Origin: Felis catus
Taxonomy: Eukaryota
DNA: 64,000 bases
Direction of reading: 5' to 3'
NCBI RefSeq assembly: GCF_018350175.1
Contig: NC_058368.1
Location: 176,268,001 to 176,332,000 of the forward strand
Shown here piece after piece: positions 1-12,089 of the stretch. The notes under the pieces were generated by a model that did not search any database, had not been told where the DNA came from, and was given only the letters and a program-made list of their open reading frames with translations. Within the stretch, counting starts at the first letter, position 1. Every line of letters starts with the position of its first letter. The position numbers and the translations under genes are program-made.

Positions 1-1092
1 AGAAAGAGGGAGAATCCAGAGATTGAGCTCCATCTAGTCCCAGGAACCACCCCCATGGGCGGCTAGGCTGCCCTCGGTACTTCCCTGCCTCCTCTGCTCG
101 GGAGGGGAGAGCGGTGGGTCGGGGTCTGGCTCCCCTGAGCTACTTCCTGGTCCGATCGGACTCGCCTTCGGACACCCGAAACGCCCCCGGCCCGGCTCCC
201 TCGCCCTTTGCCCTGTCTCCTCCCCTCTCAGTGACCCACCACCACCGGTCCCCTCCCATCTAACATGGCCGCCCCACCCGGCCCACCCCCCGGCACAGCC
301 TAACCAACTAGGGGGGGGGGGGGTCCGCGGCACCGCCTCCCCCAAGCCCATTGGCGCGGCAGTCTCCGTCCGCCTGCCCCATTGGGCCGAACGGCCTGCC
401 ACTCCGCGCCGAGGGCTCCGCCTACGAGCCGCTTCAAGCTGCTTTGAGAAGACATATAAACAAATCCCGGGAGGGAGGCCCCTCTCGCCCGTCTCTGGGG
501 CGGAGACGGGAAGGGGGAGCGGCTACCCCAGAGACACCCCTGCCTGGAGCCCCCCCACCCCCAGCTCGCGCTTCCTAGTCTCTTGCCTGCACGGTTCCAA
601 CCTTAGTGGACCCGGCCCTTCCTCACACGCCCCTCTCTCTCCTCCCCCGCCAGCCTCGCCTCCCCTCCCTTCTCCGGCCCCTCCCACCCGCTCGCTTCTC
701 TGACAGGCCGGTTGCCGGCAGCCACGGCCCCGGGCTTGGAGGCAACAGTGAAGGGCCGGGCGGCCTGGCAGGACAGACGCCTGGAGCTGCCCACCCCCGG
801 TCTACCCTGCCGCCCACCCGTGGGTCCCCTCTACCGCCGCCCCGCGCTTTTATATAACCGTCCCGGGCCGGGGGTGGGGGAGGGGAACCGGAGACCCCGT
901 GACCGGCAGGCGGCAGCCTGAAGCCCGCGCGCCCCCAGACTCGGCCCTGGTCCCGGCCCCCGCCCCGCGCCGGCCCGGCTCAGAGCCCCGGCGCTGCTGC
1001 CTCGTAGGCCAGCGGCCCTCCTCCGCCCCTCGCCTGGCTAGTCCTCCAGCCCAGACCCCTGCGGGATCTGGGCGGAGGGCAACGGAGCTCAC

Positions 1093-1220
1093 CTGTGCGT
1101 GTGGGGGCGGCTCAGGGGCTCGGTCCGGTTCCGCTGCAGGGGCCGCGGCCCCTCTCCATGCTGCCTCGGTTTGTTTTGTTTATGTCCTTCCTGACGGGTT
1201 CCCGGAAATCGCGTGACTCG
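1093..1220 (-). other. CREBRF: CREBRF non-coding exon 1 (5' UTR); the gene continues off the left edge
   Basis: Minus strand reads GAGTCACGCGATTTCCGGGAACCCGTCAGGAAGGACATAAACAAAAC...CACACGCACAG|GTGAGC, with the donor GT at 1092-1091. This resembles the human CREBRF 5' leader as I recall it and fits synteny downstream of ATP6V0E1. The TSS is approximate. Confidence 0.8.
1112..1159 (-). other. Upstream ORF in CREBRF exon 1 (MERGRGPCSGTGPSP*)
   Basis: ATG at 1159-1157 in context GCAGCATGG (A at -3, G at +4). TGA at 1114-1112, inside exon 1. Confidence 0.6.
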
Positions 1221-4200
1221 CCCCCCTCACGTGGGCCGCGGCGAGGAGGAGGAGGGAGGCGGGGGCCCGCCGGCCTCGGGCCAATCGCGAGACGCTCTGC
1301 AGCCGGGCCAATCAGGAGCTCGGCCCGGCAGGGCACCCCTGTCACATGACGCCGGAGGGGCGGATTGCCGGGAAAAACCAGGAAGAGGGGGCGGAGCGGG
1401 GGCTTGGCGCCTGCCACTGCTGCGTGGGCGTGGGCCGACTTTGATACCCAGCCACACTCACGTTTGTAGAGGAGGTTCATTTACAATGACTTTCCCATCC
1501 AGCGTTTTATCTGATCTCACAGCTACACGGTGAGGCCTGAATATACGTATACCCGTTTATATTTATGTTTATGCCAATTTGCATTTACATTCGAAGTTCA
1601 GTGAAACTTGAAGGGGGCTCCGGGACCATAGGGGCATAAACTTAGGAGAGGAATTGTATCGACTGTTTTAGGTATGTCCTCCACATCTGAACCTCTTAAT
1701 TTGCTGAGACTGACCTTGCCTTTAGTCTTTCGTTCATTCAACTAATATTTATTGCGTACGTAAGCCCTAGACACTGGGATCAACTATATTGCGTGCACAT
1801 TTGAGAGAGAATACCTGTACACGACTGTACAAACAGGGTGCTAACTAGAAGCGCCTACACAAACAAACCTTCATAACACATGTGCCTGAGGTTTTCTTGT
1901 GCTCCCTAATCCTGTTGATAACAATAGCCACCCTCTGCTCCTGAACGTGTACTGTGTGGTAGGCTCATCATCTCATTTAGTTCACCCTACAGGGACGCGC
2001 AATGGTAATACACACATTTTTGCAGAGGGGGAAATTAGGGCTCAGTGGGATTACTTGCTCAAGGTCAGGCAGCTAGTAAATGAACCAGCTGGGTCCGGAA
2101 CCCAGATCTGTTACCATAGCCTGTGCTTCCAGACTCCTCTTTATACTTCTTAAGGGCACAGAAGTTATCTTCTGAGCACAGAACAGAAATATGACTTTAG
2201 CAGCCATGGAGAAAGGAGGATAGAACAGAAATGCTTGGCCAGATTCCCTCAGGCTGCCATATTTCTCTTAGGAATAATTGCCTTAGAAAATGTGGCTCCT
2301 CTTTGCACAGACCTAGGAAAGTAGTATAATGTCAATGTCAAAACCATAGACTTTGTAATTCAAAGACTTCTAAAGATCATAAATTTCAAGAGGGCAGGGA
2401 CTAGCCCGGTTGTTTATCCTCTACCTTTCATGACATAGACAGTCATTAAATACTTGTTGAATAACATGCTGGATTTGAATCCCTGCCTCTACCATATGTG
2501 AACCAGCACAAATTATTTAACTTCTGTGAGCTTCCTCTGTAAGTACCTCATGGGGTTGTGAGAAGTGAGTGGAAAAATTCACCAGGTACTTACCACAGTG
2601 CTTCGCATATAGTGAGCAGTTAATGAATGGTAGTATTATCAGATTGTTTCAAAGACATCATTTAGAAGATGTACTGTAAACTAAATAGCAACTAAGGGTA
2701 ACTCTAGACTTTAGCAGTTTAACAGCCACTAAAATAATACCTTTGTAAACAATATTAATAGGTGGGTATATGTAGATACCTAAGGGGAAAGTAAATCTCA
2801 CCTCTGTATCCTTCAAAATACTTTAGGGTCTCAATGCCCAGTGAAGAAATAAGTCTTTTCCCTACTGCACAGGAAGTAGCAGGATTGTAATTATTTTTTT
2901 TTTAAGTCTAACATACCACATTCTAATTTTCCATATCAACTGGAGTTTAAAATTGAAGCATCAATAGAAAAACTGGCTTGGGAAATTTGGGCCAGTTTCC
3001 TCTCACTTGTTCACATTTTGATTCATGTATTAAATCTCCATGGAACACATCACAGACTATCCTTTCATGTAATACTATGTTTGGAAAAACTCCAGCTGAT
3101 GGTTAGCTCTTCCATTGTTCCACTGCCCTTTTGACACATCATTTTCACACTTCTGCTGGGCAACAGTTCGCTGGGATCAAGGAGCAGCCTGATTCTTCTA
3201 GCACGGGGCTCTGCCATTGAAGGGGTTCACTAGTGAGTTACATTGGATTCCCGACTTTGCATCTTCCCTTGTCTTGGAAAGGACAGTTTTGACTAACAGA
3301 GACATCACGGTTTGTTAATGACCATATCTTGCTCTGAAGTGAATGAAATCACTGACTGCTAATTGATTTGTGTTTCTCTGGGTTTTATCCTGCCAGATTG
3401 TGCCACAATCAAAATTGGCAGGAAGTTGGGACTCTGGAATAGCATTGGCTTGAGGCTCAGGAGCCTCTTGTTCTAGCCACAAAGTAGAAACCAACTGCCA
3501 TCACTACTTCTAAAGTGCTTAACCTTGCTTCTGCAGAATCATTTACATAACCTTAGTCAAAAAAAAAAAAATATATATATATATATATATATTTTACACA
3601 AACATGACACAATGGGGGACACAATGCAATACTTAGGACTCCGCTGAACTCTTAAAAATAAATTATTTATTTTTTGATTAGGTAACATATACACAGCACA
3701 AAATTCAAAAGGTACAAAAAGGTATTCAGTGAATAGTAAATCTTTCCCCTAACCCTGTTCCCTGGCCATTCGTTTTCCCCTCTTAGAAGCAAGCACAAAT
3801 GCCCATGCTCTGTGTATCCTACCAGCGATATTTTTTTTTGGATATGCTGACATTTCACCCACTTTAAACCTTAATGTATTTGAAACGTTGTTGTTGGACC
3901 CAAGACTTCAATTTGAGCCCACTTACTATAGGATCCAAGGTGAGGGGCTGGACCTCTTTGGGTTCCGATTTTCTCCTGAAAATAATTAAAATAATTTAAA
4001 TGGTTGCCACGGGTCCTAGCTTGACTTACGACCTAAAGTTTGCAATTCTTCATTCGAGCACAGACTGAGCCCTGCCTGCTGATTATGTACATATTTAAAT
4101 GAGTGTTATCCTTTTGAGTCTAAATATTGTCTTTCCAGGCCCCTGTGGACCTGTATGATACCTGAAGATTTCACAGCTTCAGAAGTGCGATTGATTAACT

Positions 4201-4774
4201 CAAAGCTGGAAGATCTCCAGGAAAAGCTGTGTCCTTCTCGCACTTTTAAAAACTGATTTTATTCCTGAGGACACTGGAGCATTGCTGAGGGTGAATCTAA
4301 AAAATACTAATTGATGGTTGGCAATCGGCACCCGTCCCTCATTTACCTCTCCTAAAAAACATTCTTTGGGGGAAGAAGAGTTCAGTTCTTCCCCTGGCCT
4401 AAACCTCTCCGTAGGATGCAGTATTCTTTATGTGACAGCTCTGAGCTTTGGTTTCTTCTCCCAGAAAGCCCCCAATTCTGTGCCAAGGCTCTTCTCCACT
4501 CTATCTGTTACTTCTTTACCCTGATTCCTCACTCCCCATATGGAGAACCAGGCCTACCATGGGATAGGAGCTTAATAACCCCTTATGGTCCAAATCCTAT
4601 TTACCCTCTGTGGCTCAAGATCCCACATCTTTTATGAAGTCTGTTTCTACTGTATCTACTACTGCCCTCATTAATACCCTTTCCTCTACCACCCAAATGA
4701 GCACTTAATGTACTTATTGCTTTGTACTATTCATATCATGTGTTATTATGTCCTCAATTAAATCGAGGCGCATA

Positions 4775-5120
4775 CATTTGCAGCAATTTGTGGATGGAAC
4801 CGGAGGGTATTATGCTAAGTGAAATAAGTCAGTCAGAGAAAGATAGATATCGTATGTTTTCACTCCTATGTGGATCATGAGAAACTTAACAGAAGACCAT
4901 GGGGGAAGGGAAGGGGAAAAAAAATAGTTACAACAGAGAGGGAGGGAGGCAAACCATAGGAGACTCTTAAATACAGAGAACAAACTGAGGGTGGATGGGG
5001 GTGGAGGAGAGAAGAAAGTGGGTGATGGGCATTGAGGAGGGCACTTGTTGGGATGAGCACTGGGTGTTGTACCTAAGCCAATTTGACAATATATTTAAAA
5101 ACATGAGTAAAAAAAATAAA
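4775..5120 (+). mobile_element. 5'-truncated carnivore L1, 3' end
   Basis: Typical L1 3' motifs TGGATGGAAC..GAGGGTATTATGCTAAGTGAAATAAGTCAGTCAGAGAAAG and GGGATGAGCACTGGGTGTTGTA..CCAATTTGACAAT, then an A-rich tail. Confidence 0.9.
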
Positions 5121-7039
5121 CCAAGTGGCATAAACACTAATATGTCCTTGAATTAGGGAGAGTGCAAAGCACGTCACTAGACAGCATAGTCAATCAAGCC
5201 TGTGCTTAGTGGTGAGTAGGGGAAGAGAAGAGAGAGAAATAAAATGACAAGTTGAACGTCTCATGTGTGCATGAAGACACAGTCCTCGCCCTGGAGGAAC
5301 CCAGAACCTGAAGGAGACTCACATGAAAAGCTTCCAATAACAACAACAGAGTTTATAACAGGAGAGGCCGCGGTGCAGGGGTTAACAACAAGATACCTAT
5401 GTGTTTCAGGGCCACTTTCTTGCTAACGTATTGGGGCAAGGCACAAACTAAGCTGACTGTTCCTTGATTTCTGGCGTAACTTCCCTCAGGTTGATTTTGA
5501 AAATCAAATGCAGAACCTGATGCATAATGGTGCTCAACAGTGTTGGCTCTCCCCTCCTCCACCTTCTAGGGAGGAATGTGACCAGAAGCTTCTTAGAAGG
5601 GAAGCAGCAGCAAAGGGAAAGTAGCCTGGCAAGAGAAGGCAGCCAGCAACTCAGACTGTTTGGTGATTCCGTTATCTTCCAAGGCGGCATTCCTGTCAAA
5701 ATTGTTTTGTCTGTTCCACTAAGACTGAAAACTTCTAGGACAGCTAGCAGTTCCTGTGGGATTTTGTTTTTCGCTTTGGTTTGGTTTTTTGTCAGCACTG
5801 AGCTGAACATACATTGTTAGTATCAGCAACTCTAACTGATAGCAAACCAGGAAGCCAGAGAGTGAGAACAATCTAGCATTTGTTGTAGGAAAGATTCCCA
5901 AAGGACAGGTACAACAAGACATTCTTCTTGGTGAGGCCCGAAGGAGGCCGATAAAAACAGCAAGTGGAGGAACAGATTGATAAGCAGCAGGAACCAAGAC
6001 CTGTAACTCTGATAATAGATTGCTGAGCTATGGATGGAGGTGTGCTCCGAAAGCCTCAATCCAGTGTAAAACCATGAAGCTGGATTTCCACATCCAGGAA
6101 GTGCACAGTCCAGAGAGGTTGCTAGAAGACAGAAATAAATAAGAATAAAAAGTTCAGAGAACTATGGGTGAAGTGGGTGGGGGGGGGGGTCCTGTGTATC
6201 CCAGGTTTTTTTGTTTTCCCTGCAAATTCGCAATGTCATAAATTTCCCTGGTGTGACAGCAACACCAGGGAAGGTACCACCAGTGTTTTCACCCTGGCCT
6301 CACAGGGTCCAGCCCAGGAGTGAAATGTGTAAAAGAAATGGGTGCCATCCTCTACACCTGTTCTTACACACCAGTCACAGCAAGACATAAAGCACGTTAA
6401 CAAACCCGAATGCCAAGTGCAGGTACTATCCTGTTAGGAGGGGAAGATGCATGCCTTGGCCCCCATACCTCAGTGCCCACCTAGGCCCCTGCAGGGTGCC
6501 TGCCTTTCCATATAGACCCTGAGGACATCTTAGCAACCTGGTCGGCCCACCCATCGTCACTCAGGCTAAAGCCAGGATGATGGCTGCAGGAGTCCCGATC
6601 ACCTGGCCACAGCTCTTCCCTGGTGCCCCTACAACCAGTCAGCTTGGCATGAGGGGGCTTCTTGCCCACTATCCAAGCATCTCTTCCCAGCATGGCAAAA
6701 CAAGGGAGTCACCTTTGGGAAAACTGGGAGTCGAGGTGGAGACTGACGTGAGATTAGGACAAAGTAGGGGGCAGTTCTCCTCTCCTTCTAAAAAAGGAAG
6801 TAGTAACAGTAAGCGGCCCCTGTAAACACCACGGGAGAAAAGAGGACCCGATTGGTGGTCTTTTCTCCTGCCTGGGGGTTGGGGGGACACAGAGGAGTTG
6901 AGACTATTAGAAAGGGGAGAGATGTGCGATACTGCTCTTTGCCCTGTCCTGCCCCAGTTACAGTCTGGTGAAGGGTAAAGTCCTTAGGGCCTGGCACACA
7001 GTAGGCACCAGGGAAGGATCAGCTATTGTTGGTATTCTT

Positions 7040-7375
7040 TTCTTTTTTTTTTTATTTTTATTTTTTAACATTTATTTATTTTTGAGACAGAGAGAGACAG
7101 AGCATGAACAGGGGAGGGGCAGAGAGAGAGGGAGACACAGAATCGGAAGCAGGCTCCAGGCTCCGAGCCATCAGCCCAGAGCCCGACGCGGGGCTCGAAC
7201 TCAAGGACCACGAGATCGTGACGTGAGCTGAAGTCGGACGCTTAACCGACTGAGCCACCCAGGCGCCCCTGGTATTATTTTCTTAAGTAAACTCTTTGCC
7301 CAACATGGGGCTCAAACCCATAACCCTGAGATCAAGAGTCGTATGCTCCACCAACTGAGCCAGCCAGGTGCCCCT
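7040..7375 (-). mobile_element. Can-SINE (SINEC) followed by a shorter, older SINE
   Basis: Reverse complement of the GGGGCGCCTGGGTGGCTCAGTCGGTTAAG head, (CT)n tract and poly-A tail. Confidence 0.9.
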
Positions 7376-7699
7376 ACTGTTGATAGTACTAGTAACAGTG
7401 GTTCTGAACCTTTCCAGAGGTCTCATGAAAGCCATATACTTGCTCCCGGGAAAAACACAGACAAGTGTACATGCACCTAATTTTGTGGATTTCAGGTGGT
7501 AGCCTCTGGGTGAAACTGGCTAAGTCACATAACCGCAGTATCTCCAACTGTAAAATAGGAATATGTCCCACTTACTCATAGGATAAGGTATGTGAGGAAG
7601 CTGGAGGGGAGGGCGGTGCTGACTGCTGTCCAAGCCAAGGCGGCATTTTCCATGGGTCCCCTTTAGATTCCTCTTCTTTCTCTGCCCACCGCTTAAGAG

Positions 7700-8400
7700 A
7701 GGATGCTCCTAGCCTCCAGCCCAGACTGCGTCTCTGCTCACCCTACATGCTCTTCCTGGCCCTCGTAGCCACACTCACAGGTTCAGTTATCTCCATGCTG
7801 GTGCCCCACACCCCCACCTACAGCCCGGGTTTCCTGCTCAACTTCCAGAGCCACATAACAATTGCCCACTGGGTGTCTGCACGTGCATACCTCTGGTGCC
7901 GGCAAATTCCATCTGTCTACAACTAAACTCCTCACTGCCCTCATCTCAGTGAAAGGTTCCAATGTCCACCCAGCGGGGAACCTGGATTCCTTCCTGTCCC
8001 TTAATTACCCCCACCCCTAACATCCAATCAGTCACCTGAATATGCTAGTAAATATGCGCTAGCCCCCAAAACACTACTTCTCTGACTCCATTTCATTCCT
8101 ATTACCATAACCCAGGATACTTCTCTCTTGCAGACTCTTGAAACAGCGGCATCAGTCGTTGGCCTAGCTCTTAATCATCCTTTGGGTTTACCCTTAAAGG
8201 TCACTTCCTTCAAGAAGCCTCCCGCTACCAGTGTTTCTAGTGCTCTTACCCAGCAACCAGTCCGTCCTAAGGCACAGGACCTGGCTACCTCGGGCTCCAC
8301 CCACCAGGGACACCCAGTGCCAGTTGTCACCCTGCTGAATTCTAAGCTCCAGGAGCCCAGGGGGAGTCTCCTGCTTCCCACTGTTCCAAGCAGCTAACAT
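7700..8400 (-). mobile_element. Degraded L2 fragment
   Basis: L2-like motifs such as CTCAGTGAAAGG..CCACCCAG, CATCCAATCAGTCACC and TCACTTCCT..AGCCTCCC. Confidence 0.5.
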
Positions 8401-9805
8401 CGGGACAAAGAACAGGAGCTGGAAATACCTGTTGAGTGTTGCTGAAAAGCTTTTGTGGCTTGCACAGTCACACTTAGCTTCTTCACTCCGGCTTCCTCAA
8501 ATACATCGCCTACTTTTACAAAACATCTGCTCTGCTTGTTCTGTTTTGGAGTGGCAACCCACAGTGTAGTACCACACTTTGGACAGTGTAAAGAAACTAT
8601 GGAAACCATGTCAGAATCCTGACTGGATTCACGTGGGTAGCAGTATTAGTCGTTGAGCATCCTTAGCCACTAGAATACTCCTGTTTTACGGCTGGCCGGG
8701 GGGGGGGGGGTGGTGGTGAGTATTGGGGGGGGGGAAAGGGCCAACACATTTCAAAAGGAGGAGGTTTTAACTGAAGCGGTGACACAGCCTGAATAAAAGA
8801 CTTGCTTGGAGCACTTGGGAGGGAAAGAACAGTGGGGCTTATTCTAATGCATGTGGGACCCCAGAACATTAATACCCCAGGCTTCTACTTTTCTATGTGG
8901 GCAGAATCGAAATCAATGCTCCCCTTTCATTTCACCATGCTGTCACTGTGAACACCTATACAAAAGGAGGCCAGAATTTTATAAGCTGAATGCTCTGTAC
9001 TTTGTCCTGCACAATGGAAACAGTTAATCAGAATTGCTGTGTGAACTTGCTCATTTTTTATTGATTCAGAATAGCTTCAGTGTTTTAATAGAGCTAGTTG
9101 ACTTCATTTCCCCTGACCCTGAATTGCTCTCAAAGAAAAAAAAAAGTGTGTGTGTTATATAATGTTTGAAGGAAGTACTAACACTATTTTGACAATGGTC
9201 CCCTCCAAAATGCCTTCCCTCTTACCCCCGATTATGAAGTAATACCATGCTCTTTTTGGAAAATATACAAAGCCATAAAAGAAATAATCATTATCAACAT
9301 TTTGGTCTGTTTCTCACCAGGCTTTTTGCTATGTACAGAAGTTAAAAATCCTTTTTCTCTTAATATTCTATTATCTTTTGTTATTAAAATAATTGTTATT
9401 GTTTTTTACTCAAGTATTACCTTTTCATAGGAGAACATGCTAACAAGGAAAAAGAAAATTTTAATCACTTGTGATTCCCATCCAGAAGCAATGTTAGTAG
9501 TTTTCTCTTTTCAATCTCATTTCTAGGCATATGTTCCAGAAAAAAAAGAAATTATTAAATGCACCATATTCCTTCAGTTGGGTGCAGTATAACTTATTTA
9601 ACCTCTCCTTAAGGGCATTAAGGTGTTTTTTCATTCTGTACCATGATAAATATCCTTTACAATGGTATTTTATACTGTGATTTTTTTTCTTTGAAAATTA
9701 TGGATTTTTCTATAATTAATTCCATCCATTCAACTCTTGAGTAGAAGTTGAAATAAAGGGGCAAGAAAAAAAAATACATAACTTTTGCCTAAGAGCCCAT
9801 CTTCA

Positions 9806-10035
9806 TTTTTTTTTTTTTTTAATTTTTTTTTTCAACGTTTTTTATTTTTGGGACAGAGAGAGACAGAGCATGAACGGGGGAGGGGCAGAGAGAGAGGGAG
9901 ACACAGAATCGGAAACAGGCTCCAGGCTCTGAGCCATCAGCCCAGAGCCCAACGCGGGGCTCGAACTCCCGGACCGCGAGATCGTGACCTGGCTGAAGTT
10001 GGACGCTTAACTGACTGCGCCACCCAGGCGCCCCC
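9806..10035 (-). mobile_element. Young feline Can-SINE
   Basis: Near-consensus body with target-site duplication CCCATCTTCATTTT on both sides. Confidence 0.95.
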
Positions 10036-10066
10036 CCATCTTCATTTTAAACACATTTGTTCTCTA

Positions 10067-10285
10067 GGGGCACCTGGGTGGCTCAGTCAGTTAAGCGACT
10101 GACTTTGGCTCAGGTCATGATCTCATGGTTCATGGGTTCGAGCCCCACATCAGGCTCTGTGCTGACCGCTCAGAGCCTGGAACCTGCTTCGGATTCTGTG
10201 TCTCCCTTTCTCTGCCCCTCCCCTGCTGGCGTGCCGTCTCTCCCTCTCTCTCTCAAAAATGAATAAAACGTTAAAAAAAAAAAAT
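10067..10285 (+). mobile_element. Can-SINE
   Basis: Head GGGGCACCTGGGTGGCTCAG, TSD ACATTTGTTCTCT. Confidence 0.95.
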
Positions 10286-10476
10286 ACATTTGTTCTCTGA
10301 ACAGGAGGGAGCAAGGATAGGGTGGTGAACCCATTCTAAAATGCCTAAATATGTATTTTAAGATATAATTTAAATATAGTTTAATAAAAGAGCAATTGAC
10401 TCTTCAAATTTTTGGAAAAGGAAATCCAGGGCCAAATCTCCCATGAGTCCAAGCACTGTTGTTAAAAAACTGCCCA

Positions 10477-10695
10477 GGGGCGCCTGGGTGGCGCAGTCGG
10501 TTAAGCATCCGACTTCAGCCAGGTCACGATCTCGCGGTCCGGGAGTTCGAGCCCCGCGTCAGGCTCTGGGCTGATGGCTCAGAGCCTGGAGCCTGTTTCC
10601 GATTCTGTGTCTCCCTCTCTCTCTGCCCCTCCCCCATTCATGCTCTGTCTCTCTCTGTCCCAAAAATAAACGTTGAAAACAAACAAACAAACAAA
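10477..10695 (+). mobile_element. Young feline Can-SINE
   Basis: Head GGGGCGCCTGGGTGGCGCAGTCGG, TSD AAAAAACTGCCCAG. Confidence 0.95.
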
Positions 10696-11879
10696 AAACT
10701 GCCCAGAAGAAATGTACAAAATGGTGCTATATCTGAAGCAATGTCAAAGTAACATATGATAAAATTTTGTTGGGTCAGTAATAAGTATATAGATATCATT
10801 CTATGTTGAAAGAAAACAAGGAAAACATTGTTAAAAGCAACCAGTGCCCCTCAGATTACATCTTCAAATCATGCTGGAAATACTCCTGTCCTGGCAGAAG
10901 GGCTCATAGAACTCGTGTAGAATCTGGAAGGGCAGGAAGGATGTGGTCCAGACATTTATGCTATGATGGTTTCTAAGAGATCTATCTCCCTGCTGAGAGC
11001 TCACGCCTGGAGCCTGGAGCATGCCTTTTCTTTTTCTATGACCCAAGCACAAATGACTAATCAAAAGGTAAACCAAATGTAGAAGAAAATATCAGTTGGC
11101 TGCCCCTCTGGGGCTTATCTTAATAGGAAAGTCGTCAGGGGGTCCCAGCAGTTTTGTCGTTTCTTTGCAAAATACACTTTGTGTATTATTAAAATTTACA
11201 AATCATCTTCACCACCACCATCTCATTTGGTAATAACTTGGATAGCAGAAAGGGCAGGTATTGCCCCATTCTGTAGAAGAAAAAATTTAGGCTCATAAAT
11301 TAAATGATTCGTCCAAAGTTAATCCAGCTTGCAAGTGATGCAGTAAGATTGCAAACCTGGGGCCTCACCTAGTCTAATGATCATACCAGGAGTCCACACT
11401 GTGTTCACCTGGACAGGCTTTGTAGAAGGACATTTTCAATATCCTCTCAAAGGGCTGGATGGAGCTCCTTCTAAGCTGGGGTCGCGACAATCACTGGAGC
11501 AAGTGAACTGCCAAGCAGAATGTGATTCGCGGCCATCCATCCATCTCACACAATGGGCCATGCTGTAACAAAATGGGTCAGTTACTAGGAATGAGGGGAG
11601 GAGAAAACATGTATCTGAGTTTATATACTGGTTAATATTAATATTCTCAACACTTTCATAAACAAGGAAACAGGCTCAAGAGTTAAGTGACTTCCTGGGC
11701 AAAGGGAACTCGACAAGTTTCCCTCACGCAATCTGAGCTGATTCCCTCATTTCAGCAATACCAATAAAGCTATGAGGTGACAGAGTGACTCTACCTGGCC
11801 TTTAGGGGCTTGCGATTATCTAGGAAGTCTTTGATCTCTAATTTGGCTAGGAAAGGAGGTCCTTTCCTCTTCTTCGTTT

Positions 11880-12089
11880 CAAAAAAAAATTTTTTTTAAT
11901 GTTTATATTTGAGAGAGCGAGCGCACGCAAGTGGGAGAGAGGCAGAGAGAGAGACACAGAATCTGAAGCAGGCTCCAGGCTCTGAGCTGTCAGTACAGAG
12001 CCCAACGTGGCGCTCAAACCCACGAACCGTGAGATCATGACCTGAGCGGAAGTCAGACGCTCAACCAACTGAGCCGCCCAGGCGCCCCT
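11880..12089 (-). mobile_element. Can-SINE
   Basis: Reverse SINE body and T-rich tail. Confidence 0.9.

Larger units (their letters stand above)
1..1480. promoter_or_regulatory. CREBRF: CpG island covering the CREBRF promoter, exon 1 and the start of intron 1
   Basis: Very GC- and CpG-rich block. CCAAT at 1281-1285 and 1308-1312, E-box TCACGTGG at about 1227-1234, palindromic GTCACATGAC at 1341-1350, many GC boxes. Confidence 0.9.

Noticed and set aside
34..1533. Many overlapping Pro/Gly/Arg-rich ORFs
   Set aside because: Expected from stop-poor CpG-island sequence; no recognisable protein.
5353..6059. Overlapping 70-120 aa ORFs in apparently unique intergenic sequence
   Set aside because: No recognisable homology, splice structure, poly-A tail or TSD to support a gene or retrocopy; cannot be fully excluded without BLAST.
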